Source: Candidatus Dojkabacteria bacterium
Lineage (GTDB): Bacteria; Patescibacteriota; Dojkabacteria; J137
DNA length: 64,000 bases
Reading direction: 5' to 3'
Assembly (NCBI GenBank): GCA_040006935.1
Contig: JBDTVZ010000002.1
Span: forward strand, 144,174-208,173
Below, one piece after another: positions 1 to 9,592 of this stretch. The first letter of the stretch is position 1; each line of letters opens with the position of its first letter. Position numbers and translations under genes: made by a program. The notes beneath the pieces are model-generated. The model was not told the origin of the DNA and searched no databases. It saw nothing but the letters and a program-made list of their open reading frames with translations.

Positions 1-27
1 AAGCCATTATTCTATTTCTCTAGAGAC

Positions 28-1395
28 GTGGAAAGAGCACTGGGTTTAGAAAGTATTCTAGAAAATTATTTTACCGGTTCAATTGAATCAAGTTACTTAA
101 CAGATAGTTTAAAGAATTCTGTAGGGAAAGAACATATTCTTTCCTTGGAAGATGAAGGAGAAAGCCTACAAAGTGACTCCACATTGGAGTTAGTCAAGAA
201 TTTTAAAATTTCTGAGTGGATTAAAGAGAATACTCCAAAGGGGTTTTATTCTCAGTTTTTCCATTTTAATCAACCTGCTGTAAAAGTAGTTGAAGATTTA
301 GGAGGAAAAGTATTTAATAATTCAGCCGAACTAAATAGGAAATTTGAAGGAAAACTTAATCAACTAAAAATATTTGAGGAAAATCATATTCCAATAGCAA
401 ATAGCTTCATTGCAAATATATCTGAACTTTCATTTAGAGATTCAAACTTAAAACTCACCGTGCCTGACGGCAGACAGGAAACTCAAAACTCAAAACTTGT
501 TATTCAGACAGATCGTGCACATACAGGAAGTGGGACTTTTTTTGTTACAAATCAAGAAGAATTTGAGCAAATTAAAAAAGATTTGGACGGGAATATGGTT
601 AGAGTTTCAGAGATGATAGACGGCCAATCATATACAATCAATGGATGTGTTACTAAGAAAGGAGTTTTTATAGCAGGTTTGCAATATCAAATTACAGGAA
701 TTGCCGAACTTACACCTGGCAAAGGGTCCACAATTGGAAACGATTGGAGCCATGGATTTAAAAGTTTGAATGAAGATTTAAGAAAAAAGATTTATGATGT
801 TACAAAAAAATTAGGCGAAGTAATGCAGAAAGATGGATATAAAGGACTCTATGGAGTTGACTTAGTTGTGAAAGATAAAGATATTTTTGTCATTGAAATT
901 AATGCAAGACAAACGGCAAATATTCCATTGCAAACAAAATTAGAATTACAACAAGATCAAGTCCCTTTGTCTTTAATAAACCTAGCTGAGTGGTTAGAAT
1001 TAGATATTCCATTTGAGCCTAATAAAGAGATTTTACCTTTAGAAGGTTCTCAAGTTTTCTTAAGATCTAAAAAAGAGGGTTTTGTTATTAAAGAAGAATT
1101 AAAATCTGGAATTTACAGACTACAAAGTGATAGTTCTGCAATCAATAAGTCCTCTACAGAGGTTATTTATATAGATGAAGAGCAGGATAAACCTTTAATT
1201 TGGCAAAAAGATGGTTATTCTATTGATTATATTGATGAGGGTGGATTCGTTATTCTTTTTCAAAAGAAAAATCAGATTCGAAATAAGTTTGATGAGGTTG
1301 CAAGAATGCAATTTACGGGGCAAATTGTTTTCTCCGACACACTTTCTCCTTGGGTTATAGAGGCAATGAAAGCAATTGAAGATAGAGTTAGATAA
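28..1395 (+). CDS. ATP-grasp fold protein (carboxylate-amine ligase-like). It may extend 5' beyond the window, because the in-frame sequence is open to position 1. It contains an in-frame GC-rich repeat insertion at about 445..500.
   Basis: The ORF is 455 aa. The C-terminal half has ATP-grasp-like motifs (GLYGVDLVV...IFVIEINARQTANIP). The reading frame has no stop upstream within the window, and a GTG start is called at 28. Confidence 0.5.
   Translation: MERALGLESILENYFTGSIESSYLTDSLKNSVGKEHILSLEDEGESLQSDSTLELVKNFKISEWIKENTPKGFYSQFFHFNQPAVKVVEDLGGKVFNNSAELNRKFEGKLNQLKIFEENHIPIANSFIANISELSFRDSNLKLTVPDGRQETQNSKLVIQTDRAHTGSGTFFVTNQEEFEQIKKDLDGNMVRVSEMIDGQSYTINGCVTKKGVFIAGLQYQITGIAELTPGKGSTIGNDWSHGFKSLNEDLRKKIYDVTKKLGEVMQKDGYKGLYGVDLVVKDKDIFVIEINARQTANIPLQTKLELQQDQVPLSLINLAEWLELDIPFEPNKEILPLEGSQVFLRSKKEGFVIKEELKSGIYRLQSDSSAINKSSTEVIYIDEEQDKPLIWQKDGYSIDYIDEGGFVILFQKKNQIRNKFDEVARMQFTGQIVFSDTLSPWVIEAMKAIEDRVR
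445..500. repeat. In-frame GC-rich mini-repeat inside the ATP-grasp CDS (aacttaaaactcaccgtgcctgacggcagacaggaaactcaaaactcaaaactt). It encodes NLKLTVPDGRQETQNSKL.
   Basis: It is about 85% identical to 13758..13812 inside sufC. Its GC core is related to the MITE internal palindrome. Confidence 0.6.
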
Positions 1396-1396
1396 T

Positions 1397-1530
1397 GTTA
1401 TTACGAGGATAGCCTGTCCTGCTTGCCTTACCTGTCGGCGCAGACACGGACGGCAGGCAGGTCTAATGATGGCAGTCTCGTGACATTTCTAATGGGATTG
1501 CTTCGTCGTTTCACTCCTCGCAATGACAAC
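1397..1530. mobile_element. MITE-like GC-rich element, copy 1, with imperfect terminal inverted repeats (gttattaCGAGGAt … tCCTCGCAATGACAAc) and an internal GC palindrome (ACCTGTCGGCGCAGACACGGACGGCAGGCAGGT).
   Basis: It is alignable to 14314..14400 (gggattgcttcgtcRtttcaYtcctcgcaatgacaac, about 90% identical) and partly to 50190..50295. It is GC-rich in an AT-rich context. Confidence 0.55.
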
Positions 1531-1581
1531 ATTTGATATTTGTCATTTCCTGTTGTACACTAACAAAAGTTATTTGAACTT

Positions 1582-2115
1582 ATGAATAAAAATTTAAGGC
1601 TTCTATTTATTATTCCTTTAATAGCCTTTTTCTTATCAATAATTATCGTATTTTTTTCACCGCTCAAAATAATTCCTTGCGAAACTAGCACTACTAACCC
1701 AGCAACATCTTGGAATAAAGATAATTGTAAAGGATATTACTTAACAATAAATCAGCAACCCGAGCAAGTAGATATAAACAATTCAGGTTTCCTAATTAAT
1801 TTAGTAATTTTGACATGTGGATCTTTCTTAGTTAATGGAATCATTTTTCTATTATTATTTATTTTTGTTGTCCTAAAAGAAAATAAAGTCCCTGGCTACA
1901 GAGAACAATTTGACGAAACCCAAGAAGAGGAGATTGTAGAACCTAGAGTTACAAAAATGCGAAGACCATTGGCAAAGATTTTCAATGGAGAAAAAGAAAA
2001 TGTTGATATGGTAGAAATTCCATCAGGTGCATCGAGGATAAATAATGTGAAGAAATCCTTGAGAACAATGTTCAAACGAAAGCCAAAATCTATAGAAGGA
2101 GCTTTTGAGGAATAA
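1582..2115 (+). CDS. Hypothetical small membrane protein.
   Basis: There are two strongly hydrophobic segments (LLFIIPLIAFFLSIIIVFF; LVILTCGSFLVNGIIFLLLFIFVVL). No recognisable motif was seen. Confidence 0.45.
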   Translation: MNKNLRLLFIIPLIAFFLSIIIVFFSPLKIIPCETSTTNPATSWNKDNCKGYYLTINQQPEQVDINNSGFLINLVILTCGSFLVNGIIFLLLFIFVVLKENKVPGYREQFDETQEEEIVEPRVTKMRRPLAKIFNGEKENVDMVEIPSGASRINNVKKSLRTMFKRKPKSIEGAFEE

Positions 2116-2117
2116 TT

Positions 2118-2630
2118 TTAAATTTCCTTCTCCATTAAAAGTACATCAAGATAATCATTATCTATTTTAAGTTCCTTCTTTAAAGTTCCATTAATTTCAA
2201 ATCCAAGTCTTTTATAAATTTCAATGGCTTTAAGTTGAGTAGCCACAACCAGAAGTGATATTTTAGCGATTTCTGAGTTATCTTCCAAAATTTTTAAAGC
2301 CTTATTAATAAGATCTTTCCCAATTCCTTTGCCTCTTTTTGCTTTTGTAACATAAAACCAAACTATGGAACCAATATGTTTCTTCCTTTGCTTGCTATCA
2401 TAAGTTAGGCCGATCATTCCAAAAAGTTTTTCTTCTTCAAAAGCTAATAACATCTCTTGCAAATTATTAGTTAAGAAAGGATTTATGTAACCCATCCACC
2501 AATACTCTGAATGTGGAGCATATTCTTCAGAAGAGACTGAAAAAGCAGTAGGATCTTCTTTAAGTCCTTCTAACATTAGATTTTTTACTGAAGTAAAATC
2601 TTTAAGCTCTCCTTTTCTGATTTGATACAC
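2118..2630 (-). CDS. GNAT family N-acetyltransferase.
   Basis: The acetyl-CoA binding motif KRGKGIGKDLINKA (Q/R-x-x-G-x-G/A) is in the expected position of a roughly 170 aa GNAT fold. Confidence 0.7.
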   Translation of the reverse strand: MYQIRKGELKDFTSVKNLMLEGLKEDPTAFSVSSEEYAPHSEYWWMGYINPFLTNNLQEMLLAFEEEKLFGMIGLTYDSKQRKKHIGSIVWFYVTKAKRGKGIGKDLINKALKILEDNSEIAKISLLVVATQLKAIEIYKRLGFEINGTLKKELKIDNDYLDVLLMEKEI

Positions 2631-2734
2631 AGAATATATTTAAATATTGAATTTTACGATGTTGAGATTATTTTCACAACATAAAATTCATATTGTAGAG
2701 AAAATAAGACAATTCAAAAAAGAAGTGATACAAT

Positions 2735-4594
2735 TTGGTAATGAATTTTCTAAAATCTTTAATTACTCCACAAAAAGCATTAATATTTGCAATTATTGCA
2801 TTCGCATTTTTGTTTATTACTAACGGTGAACCTTTCTATCGTTCAGACGCCTGGTGTTATTACACTATTTCGAAGAGCATAATCGATAAAAATAGTTTTG
2901 TAAGTGCAGATCGTCCTGAGTATTTTGACTACATGGAGCATGTTAAGGAAACTTATAATGGAAATTATATTTCTGTATGTTCTCCTGGAACATCAATACT
3001 ACAACTTCCGGGATTAGTTATTGCCAATTTCTTTAAAGGTGATAAGACAATTTATAACGATTATTTTATGGCATATAACGGCCATACAATATACGAAGGA
3101 ATTGCAAGTTTATTGACTGCGATGTTCTTTGGTCTATTCGCGTTAATATTAATTTATAAAACATTGCGCAACTTAAAGTTTGGTGAAAAGATTTCAATTT
3201 TGTCTACAACATTTGTTTTTATTTCAAGTTATGCAGTTTGGTATATATTTCTAAATTCTGCTTTTACACACATTTATGAACTTTTTGCAGTAAGTGCAAT
3301 TATCTACTTCGTTGTTAAATATCAGAAAAATTTAATTGAGAATTTTGATACAGCGAGAATCCCTTTCCTATTAGGATTATTAACTGGACTTTCAATATTG
3401 ATAAGACCTACTCTCGCTCCTCTTGGTTTATTAGTTGGATTATATTTCGTTTACAAAAAAAGATGGAAACATTTATTATATTTTCTATTAGGTGGTCTTC
3501 CAATTTTGATTATCTGGCTTCTTTATAATTATATTTCCTATGGTGCATTTTTTGCCTCAGGATATAGTGTAGTGCGTTCAGAGAATTTCGATTTAACACA
3601 ATTTAATGGATTGAATATGCTCTTTTCTCAATATAGAGGTTGGTTAGTTTATTCTCCAATATTTATATTTAGTATTGCTGGGTTGGTGATGATGTTTAAG
3701 AAAAATCGATTTTTAGTAATTAGTTCACTTGTTTCGATTTTTTCTGCAATTGTAATTTATGGATTTTGGCCTTCCTGGTGGGGAGGTGGAAGTTTTGGTA
3801 ATAGATTTATGATTTTTGCTGTACCGTTTGGTGCTATTGGACTTGCATATATATTAGGTTTAGTTACAGCAGAAACTGCAGGAAAACCCGGAAGTATTGC
3901 AAAGTTAGTTCCTAGTGAAGCTGAGGAGCGAAAAACATTTATTAAAAATACAGTTTTGACATTTGTATTAATATCATTCTTCTATTCATTAGGGTTAGTT
4001 GCACTTTATAGAGTAACAATTACATCAAAACTGGCAAAACCCTATGCTGGAACTATTGATGGTATGTATTCAGCTGATAGATATACACCTTTTGAAATTT
4101 ATGAGTCTAATATAAACCTAATCAGGAATTCATCAACACTTAGTGATTATGTAAATTTACTTTATAAAAATGTAAATGGTGGTAGTGGGATTCTAGCAAT
4201 TCTTACTGGTACTTCGAATGGTGTTTTAAGAGTAGATGATAGAGAGCCAAATGTAGAAAAATTGATTATTATTACACCGCAGTATATAAAAAGACCTCTC
4301 CCAGAAATAGTAGAGGGTTATTACAAGAGTAATACTGGTAAACTTTATAGCTTTGAAATTACAGATATAAACAATGGGGATACTCTTAGTTTTAGATGCG
4401 ACACAACATGTGTAAGTTTATCAAATAAATTGATAATTCATGAACCTATCGAAGCAGTGAGTACTTTGTTGACTTCAGAATATACTTCTATAATTACAAC
4501 CAATGGGAATTTCTACTTTAAATACGTAGATAATTTACAGTTTAGAGGATTTCCAGAGAACATTACAATAGGACAAGAAGCTTTTAAATTATAG
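2735..4594 (+). CDS. Polytopic integral membrane protein with a C-terminal soluble domain. It may be a GT-C-type glycosyltransferase-like protein.
   Basis: About 10 or more hydrophobic helices lie in the first roughly 400 aa, followed by a roughly 200 aa hydrophilic domain. The architecture resembles ArnT/PMT-like GT-C enzymes, but no catalytic motif was recognised with certainty. Confidence 0.4.
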   Translation: MVMNFLKSLITPQKALIFAIIAFAFLFITNGEPFYRSDAWCYYTISKSIIDKNSFVSADRPEYFDYMEHVKETYNGNYISVCSPGTSILQLPGLVIANFFKGDKTIYNDYFMAYNGHTIYEGIASLLTAMFFGLFALILIYKTLRNLKFGEKISILSTTFVFISSYAVWYIFLNSAFTHIYELFAVSAIIYFVVKYQKNLIENFDTARIPFLLGLLTGLSILIRPTLAPLGLLVGLYFVYKKRWKHLLYFLLGGLPILIIWLLYNYISYGAFFASGYSVVRSENFDLTQFNGLNMLFSQYRGWLVYSPIFIFSIAGLVMMFKKNRFLVISSLVSIFSAIVIYGFWPSWWGGGSFGNRFMIFAVPFGAIGLAYILGLVTAETAGKPGSIAKLVPSEAEERKTFIKNTVLTFVLISFFYSLGLVALYRVTITSKLAKPYAGTIDGMYSADRYTPFEIYESNINLIRNSSTLSDYVNLLYKNVNGGSGILAILTGTSNGVLRVDDREPNVEKLIIITPQYIKRPLPEIVEGYYKSNTGKLYSFEITDINNGDTLSFRCDTTCVSLSNKLIIHEPIEAVSTLLTSEYTSIITTNGNFYFKYVDNLQFRGFPENITIGQEAFKL

Positions 4595-4675
4595 GCATTC
4601 CAAGTTGAGAAGTTACAAACTTGTAAACGATATGAGACCTGAATGGAATAATGTTGAATACTCTCTGAAATATAT

Positions 4676-5230
4676 TTAATCTACATATACATCAATCTCT
4701 TTGTCAAAACTTTTACTACCACTAAATACACTGGCCTTAATTCGATTAGTTCCTTGTGTTAACGTTTGAGTAATTCCACCTTTATTATTTAAGTTCAAAC
4801 CTAACTCTACATCTGTTTGAGTTGTTGAATTACTTACAGTCCAGTAAATATCGAATTTGTACGCTGCAGAACTTCCCCATTCTTTACCATCAACTAGTGG
4901 AATAGCGTTAAATCTATATTCATTTGTAACAGGATTAGTTTGTGTAGAAATAATGTTTAGATCTATAACAAAATCTGCATTTGCAACGGATACATCTTGT
5001 TGTTGATTATTAACAAACAAAACAAAACCTGTTCCACCGACTAAGAATGCAGCAAAAGCAAAAGCTGCTAATGGCTTACCTAAAAATCCATATTTTGGTC
5101 TTTGCATTTCTTGTATTTGTCTATTTTGAGTTATTACTAAACCAATGAGAATTAAGACAGTAATTATTACCACTGCAAATAATGCTGCAAAAGCTGGATA
5201 TTGTGTTAAAAGAAGTTGTGTATCTTGCAT
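4676..5230 (-). CDS. Hypothetical membrane-anchored or secreted protein.
   Basis: Two N-terminal hydrophobic helices are followed by a polar, Thr/Asn-rich domain. Confidence 0.45.
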   Translation of the reverse strand: MQDTQLLLTQYPAFAALFAVVIITVLILIGLVITQNRQIQEMQRPKYGFLGKPLAAFAFAAFLVGGTGFVLFVNNQQQDVSVANADFVIDLNIISTQTNPVTNEYRFNAIPLVDGKEWGSSAAYKFDIYWTVSNSTTQTDVELGLNLNNKGGITQTLTQGTNRIKASVFSGSKSFDKEIDVYVD

Positions 5231-5334
5231 GTTTAAAAATAACTAATTAATAACCAGTATATACACAATTCAAACTCAAGTCTAGAGATCAATAATTAAT
5301 TAAAAACTCAAAATCTCTTTTAATTTTTTAATTG

Positions 5335-6396
5335 TTAATTGATAAGTCCGTGTGCCCCATTTTCTGCAAGGCCATTTTGAGTAACAATTGTGAATACGGA
5401 TTTAGTTTGAAAATCTTTAATATTAAATGCACCTGTATAACTTAAGGCAGATTTCAAACCCATTATATACTTCTCAACTAGATCTGCAACACTTCCTTGA
5501 TACTTTGTATAACCAGAATCACCTTCTACAAATCTATTTGCTTTTTCTCTAAAACTTTTATCAGATTCTGCTCTTTTTAATTTAGCAGTGACTGAACTAG
5601 ACCCATAATATTCTTTATACTTAACACCATTAATTTCTACTAATTTGCTTGGAGCCTCATCTGTACCTGCAAAAATACTGCCCATATATACTGCAGTTCC
5701 TCCGGCTGCTATCGCTTTAGCAAAACCACCAGGTGTTTTGACACCTCCATCCGCGATAATGCTTACTCCATGATTACGAGCTACGTCAAAGCATTCCATA
5801 ATTGCAGTTATTTGTGCTGCTCCCGATCCTGTGGTAATTCTCGTTGTGCACGCAGCTCCAGGGCCAACTCCAACCTTTATTCCATCTACCCCATGGTGAA
5901 CAAGAAATAATGCAGCTTCCTTAGTTGCTACATTTCCAACTATTAAAGGAGAATCCCCAAATTTTTGTCGGAAATCTTTTATTGCATTCTTTGCAAGTAG
6001 ATTATGTGCATGCGGTGAATCCATAATAACGACGTCAACACCGGCATCAATGATTGCCTCCGCTCTCTCCATATAATCCCTTGAACTTCCAATTGCTCCA
6101 GCAATTTGCCCACCTTTTGACTTGATTGCTTTGATCATTTTAACTTCTTCTTCAATGCTCATAAACTGATCAACAGTAGCCATGCCTCCTGCTTTCGAAA
6201 GCTTCACACCTAATTCGATCGAGTTCACACTTTGCATGTTTGCAGACATAATAGGAGCACTTATTTTCAAGCCAGGAACAATTTCTACGCTAACATCAAC
6301 CTCTTCTCTGGAATTGACTTCAGAGTATTGTGGTCTTAATAAAACATCATCAAAAGTGTAGACTGGAGAAGCTAAAATTGTAGCCATGACTAACAA
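5335..6396 (-). CDS. IMP dehydrogenase / GMP reductase family TIM-barrel protein without CBS domains. It is closest to IMPDH (guaB-like).
   Basis: The N-terminus [15 protein letters not shown] is present. The catalytic Cys loop is [21 protein letters not shown] matches the [24 protein letters not shown] is the phosphate-binding segment. No CBS pair is present. At 353 aa it is also compatible with GuaC. Confidence 0.65.
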   Translation of the reverse strand: MLVMATILASPVYTFDDVLLRPQYSEVNSREEVDVSVEIVPGLKISAPIMSANMQSVNSIELGVKLSKAGGMATVDQFMSIEEEVKMIKAIKSKGGQIAGAIGSSRDYMERAEAIIDAGVDVVIMDSPHAHNLLAKNAIKDFRQKFGDSPLIVGNVATKEAALFLVHHGVDGIKVGVGPGAACTTRITTGSGAAQITAIMECFDVARNHGVSIIADGGVKTPGGFAKAIAAGGTAVYMGSIFAGTDEAPSKLVEINGVKYKEYYGSSSVTAKLKRAESDKSFREKANRFVEGDSGYTKYQGSVADLVEKYIMGLKSALSYTGAFNIKDFQTKSVFTIVTQNGLAENGAHGLIN

Positions 6397-6622
6397 TTTA
6401 AAATATAAACGTAATACAAAGGGGTATTACGAGATAGTTTAAGGTTTATATTTAGACATATCAAGGAAATTTCTAAATACTAACCAATAATCAAGTCTCA
6501 ACTTCTAAATATTTAAAACTACAATTTGTTGATTGGAATTTGAATTTGTTTGGGATTTAGAATTCACTGCTTAGGATTTAAATATTAGATTTGATATAAT
6601 TCAAATAAATTATCATATCTTT

Positions 6623-7297
6623 ATGGAAGTGAATTTCCCAGAATCTTGGAAAAAGTATTTAAAAGAAGAATTTGAAAAACCTTATTTCATCGAGCTTGTT
6701 GGGTTTGTAAAAGAAGAATATAAAAAAGTTAAGATTCACCCACCTGGTCCTACTATTTTTAAAGCATTCCAGGAATGTTCTTTTGAAGATTGTAGGGTAG
6801 TAATCTTAGGTCAAGATCCATATCATTCTCCTAAAACAGCCAATGGACTTTCTTTTTCCGTAAATCCTCAAAATAGACTCCCGCCTTCGTTGCAAAATAT
6901 TTATAAAGAACTCAAAAGTGATTTAGGAGTTGAACCTCCTGTAAATGGCGATCTAACGGTTTGGGCAAAACAAGGAGTTTTACTTTTAAACGCAGTGCTT
7001 ACTGTGCAAGGAGGGAAACCAGGATCACATGCGAAAAAGGGTTGGGAAACTTTCACAGATGCTGTTATAAAATTAATTTCGGATAAAAAAGAACATATAG
7101 TATTTTTCCTTTGGGGCGCATATGCTCAGCAAAAAGGTTCGATTATTGATGAGACTAAACATTTAGTAATAAAATCCGCACATCCATCACCTTTTTCTGC
7201 AGATAGAGGTTTTTTTGGAAGTAAGCCTTTTAGCAAGGCAAACTCCTATTTAAAAGAACATGGAAAAAAGAAAATTAATTGGGGAAATAACAGTTAA
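6623..7297 (+). CDS. ung: Uracil-DNA glycosylase (family 1).
   Basis: It is near-colinear with E. coli Ung. Motifs present are GQDPYH, PPSLQNIYKEL, GVLLLNAVLTV, GWETFTD and HPSPFSADRGFFG. Confidence 0.9.
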   Translation: MEVNFPESWKKYLKEEFEKPYFIELVGFVKEEYKKVKIHPPGPTIFKAFQECSFEDCRVVILGQDPYHSPKTANGLSFSVNPQNRLPPSLQNIYKELKSDLGVEPPVNGDLTVWAKQGVLLLNAVLTVQGGKPGSHAKKGWETFTDAVIKLISDKKEHIVFFLWGAYAQQKGSIIDETKHLVIKSAHPSPFSADRGFFGSKPFSKANSYLKEHGKKKINWGNNS

Positions 7298-7340
7298 CAA
7301 TTAAAAAAATAATCAGAAATATGAGATTCCCTTCTAAATT

Positions 7341-8003
7341 TTAATTGATAGTTAGGCTTTGTACAAAATTCTCGAATTGAGCTACTTGCTGATCACTCAC
7401 TGTTTTATCTTCCGAAAGTCTACCACTTTCAAAACAAATATTTGATGCAGTACATCCGTAAACTTCTTCTATGGCTGTCAGTGTTGGATCTTCTTTTACA
7501 TCTTTTATATTTCCATCAGAATCCTGAATTGTTGTTAGAAATTTTCTTTGACCATAACTAAAATTTACCTGTTCTCCTGCTACTAATAGCTTCTTAAAAT
7601 CCGTTAAAGTTGCAACAGGACTTTTTAATTTTATTCCATAAGGTGTTGAAATATAGGAAGTAGTTCCGGAAACATCGATATCGTAGATTGTGCAACCAGC
7701 TCCATTATCCCCAATGCAGGAGAAATCACTCGCGGAAGTATTATTATAACCACTGATTACAACAGAACCTAAAGGTAACGATAGAGTTTTATTATTTAAA
7801 GTAAGCTCAATTTTTCCACTCACATCCAAATAATTAATATTCTCAACGGGAAGCCCTGGAGGATTTCCAGTAGTATCTGTATTTAAGGAATCGTTTACTG
7901 GAACAGCTTTAAATATAAAGAATGCTATGCCAATAATGACGATAACCACTAGTAGTACTGCTAATACAATCTCCAGCCTTGTTCTTAATAATTTTGTATT
8001 CAT
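7341..8003 (-). CDS. Hypothetical membrane-anchored extracellular protein.
   Basis: The N-terminal anchor LEIVLAVLLVVIVIIGIAFFIF is followed by a Thr/Ser/Asn-rich domain. Confidence 0.45.
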   Translation of the reverse strand: MNTKLLRTRLEIVLAVLLVVIVIIGIAFFIFKAVPVNDSLNTDTTGNPPGLPVENINYLDVSGKIELTLNNKTLSLPLGSVVISGYNNTSASDFSCIGDNGAGCTIYDIDVSGTTSYISTPYGIKLKSPVATLTDFKKLLVAGEQVNFSYGQRKFLTTIQDSDGNIKDVKEDPTLTAIEEVYGCTASNICFESGRLSEDKTVSDQQVAQFENFVQSLTIN

Positions 8004-8096
8004 ATTGTTTGAATGATATTGAACTCAGTATAGATTATTTTAAATTGTTAGTAAACTCAATGGCTTTCATTCTCATTATTAATTAACTGACAATTA

Positions 8097-8180
8097 TATT
8101 TTAATTTGTCGTCAGCTGGGGTTTTGGGAAACCGAACTGGCTAACTTCCAGGTCCTTGGTTAGCAGCCATTCGTTTCTCC
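8097..8180 (+). ncRNA. Candidate small structured RNA: an extended imperfect hairpin of about 85 nt ending in a U-tract. It resembles SRP RNA domain IV only weakly (CCAGGUCC ... AGCAGCC).
   Basis: A GC-enriched island lies in a 340-bp gap between divergent genes. 5' GGGGTTTTGGGAAACCGAAC..GGCTAAC pairs with GTTAGC..GTTCG-TTTC-TCCAAAAC 3', followed by TTTTTT. No plus-strand ORF is upstream for which it would be a terminator. Confidence 0.3.
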
Positions 8181-8345
8181 AAAACTTTTTTGGTTACTTT
8201 TTTAGTTATAAAAAAGTGAAAAAGATTAAGAAACAAACTTTAGATTGTATAACTCCACTTTTGATCTCTAACACTGCAAAGTTATAGGGGGGGTAATGTC
8301 ACAGTTCCAGAACCTCACTATGACATGTTATGCTAAAATCAATTC

Positions 8346-9395
8346 ATGAATAAAGAAAACAAAAAAACTTCCGATGAGACTTTAAAAAAAATAAAATCAG
8401 CAGAAAAAATTCTAATAGTTCCCGATGGAAAAAGAGTAGACCATGACTGCATATCTTCTGCAGTTGCTCTTAAACTATTTCTAATTAAATTAGGGAAAGC
8501 AGAACCAATGATTTGCATTTTTGGAAGCGTTCCGAATTATATGAAAGAGTTTGTTACAGAAAATGAAATTGTAACAAATCATATTGCTGATGTTGATTTT
8601 AATAGCTATGACTTAATATTTCTTCTCGATGCTCCTCAATGGGATCGAGTACTGAGTGATGATTACCAAACAGTTTTAGACAAGGTTCCAATGGAGAAAT
8701 TTATAAATATAGATCACCATGAATATGCGACTATTTATCAAACAAATCCTGAAACTGTGGTTGTGGAGATTGGAGAACCCTCTACAACAAAAGTTCTTTA
8801 CGACCTTATTATTGAACCTTCTGGGATAGAACTGGATAAAAATATTGCCGAAATGCTATATGTTGGACTTGTTTCCGACAGTCAGTTTTTCAGATTTGGA
8901 ATAAAAGAAGATACCTTGAGTTTTGGTCAGATATTATTAAACACAGGAATTGATCATTACAAAATCTTAAACATGTTAACTCGAGTTGAGAAAGGTAGTA
9001 TTGATTATTTAACTAGTGTATTAAATCATATAAGATATTATCCAGAAATAAAATTAATGACGCTGATCATCAGTGAAAAATTAATTAGCGAACTTGATGG
9101 TAAACTTGGAGATGACTGGATGGATAAGGAATATTTTCACTATTTCAATGACAACGTTGCTGCGAAGATAACCGGTTTTGACTATTGTGTTACGTTTAAG
9201 GTGAGTTCAAAAGGTACAAAAATTAGTTGGCGATCCGCAAATTATAATACTATTGCCCTAAAAGATGTTTTAGAGAAAATGAATTTTTTTGGTGGTGGAC
9301 ACAGAAATGCTGGCGGTGGTGTGATTAGTGATTCAACACCAGAGGAAACAGAAGCAGAATTTGTAGCAGAATTGACAAAAACATTAAGTAATTAA
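8346..9395 (+). CDS. DHH-DHHA1 family phosphoesterase (NrnA-like oligoribonuclease / pAp phosphatase).
   Basis: It has the DHH motif (NIDHHE), the aspartate motifs (LLDAPQWD) and the DHHA1 glycine motif (GGGHRNAGGG). Confidence 0.7.
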   Translation: MNKENKKTSDETLKKIKSAEKILIVPDGKRVDHDCISSAVALKLFLIKLGKAEPMICIFGSVPNYMKEFVTENEIVTNHIADVDFNSYDLIFLLDAPQWDRVLSDDYQTVLDKVPMEKFINIDHHEYATIYQTNPETVVVEIGEPSTTKVLYDLIIEPSGIELDKNIAEMLYVGLVSDSQFFRFGIKEDTLSFGQILLNTGIDHYKILNMLTRVEKGSIDYLTSVLNHIRYYPEIKLMTLIISEKLISELDGKLGDDWMDKEYFHYFNDNVAAKITGFDYCVTFKVSSKGTKISWRSANYNTIALKDVLEKMNFFGGGHRNAGGGVISDSTPEETEAEFVAELTKTLSN

Positions 9396-9592
9396 AGTTC
9401 TAAGTGCACGCTTCCTCTTGATATCAATTCCTTTAGAATTTTATTAAATTTACGTTCATTCCATCCGAACTCTTTCACTGCTAATATCAGTAATCTAACT
9501 TTTTCGATACCTTGATGAGTTGTGATAAGGGAGTAAAGTTTTTCTTCATCAGTCAAAACTATTTCGTCTAATTCACCTTCAATTCCACTCAT
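9392..9592 (-). CDS. Small hypothetical protein, translationally coupled to gltX by an ATGA overlap.
   Basis: It is 66 aa. Its start overlaps the gltX stop by 4 nt. No motif was recognised. Confidence 0.35.
   Translation of the reverse strand: MSGIEGELDEIVLTDEEKLYSLITTHQGIEKVRLLILAVKEFGWNERKFNKILKELISRGSVHLEL

Noticed and set aside
4676-8003. Type IV pilin-like N-termini for 4676..5230 and 7341..8003.
   Set aside because: They are hydrophobic N-terminal helices, but they lack the G-F-T-L-I-E prepilin cleavage motif with Glu5.
8097-8180. Confident annotation of the hairpin as SRP (4.5S) RNA.
   Set aside because: Only the CCAGGUCC and AGCAGCC words match. The conserved tetraloop-capped helix 8 is not evident. 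It is kept as an unclassified ncRNA candidate.
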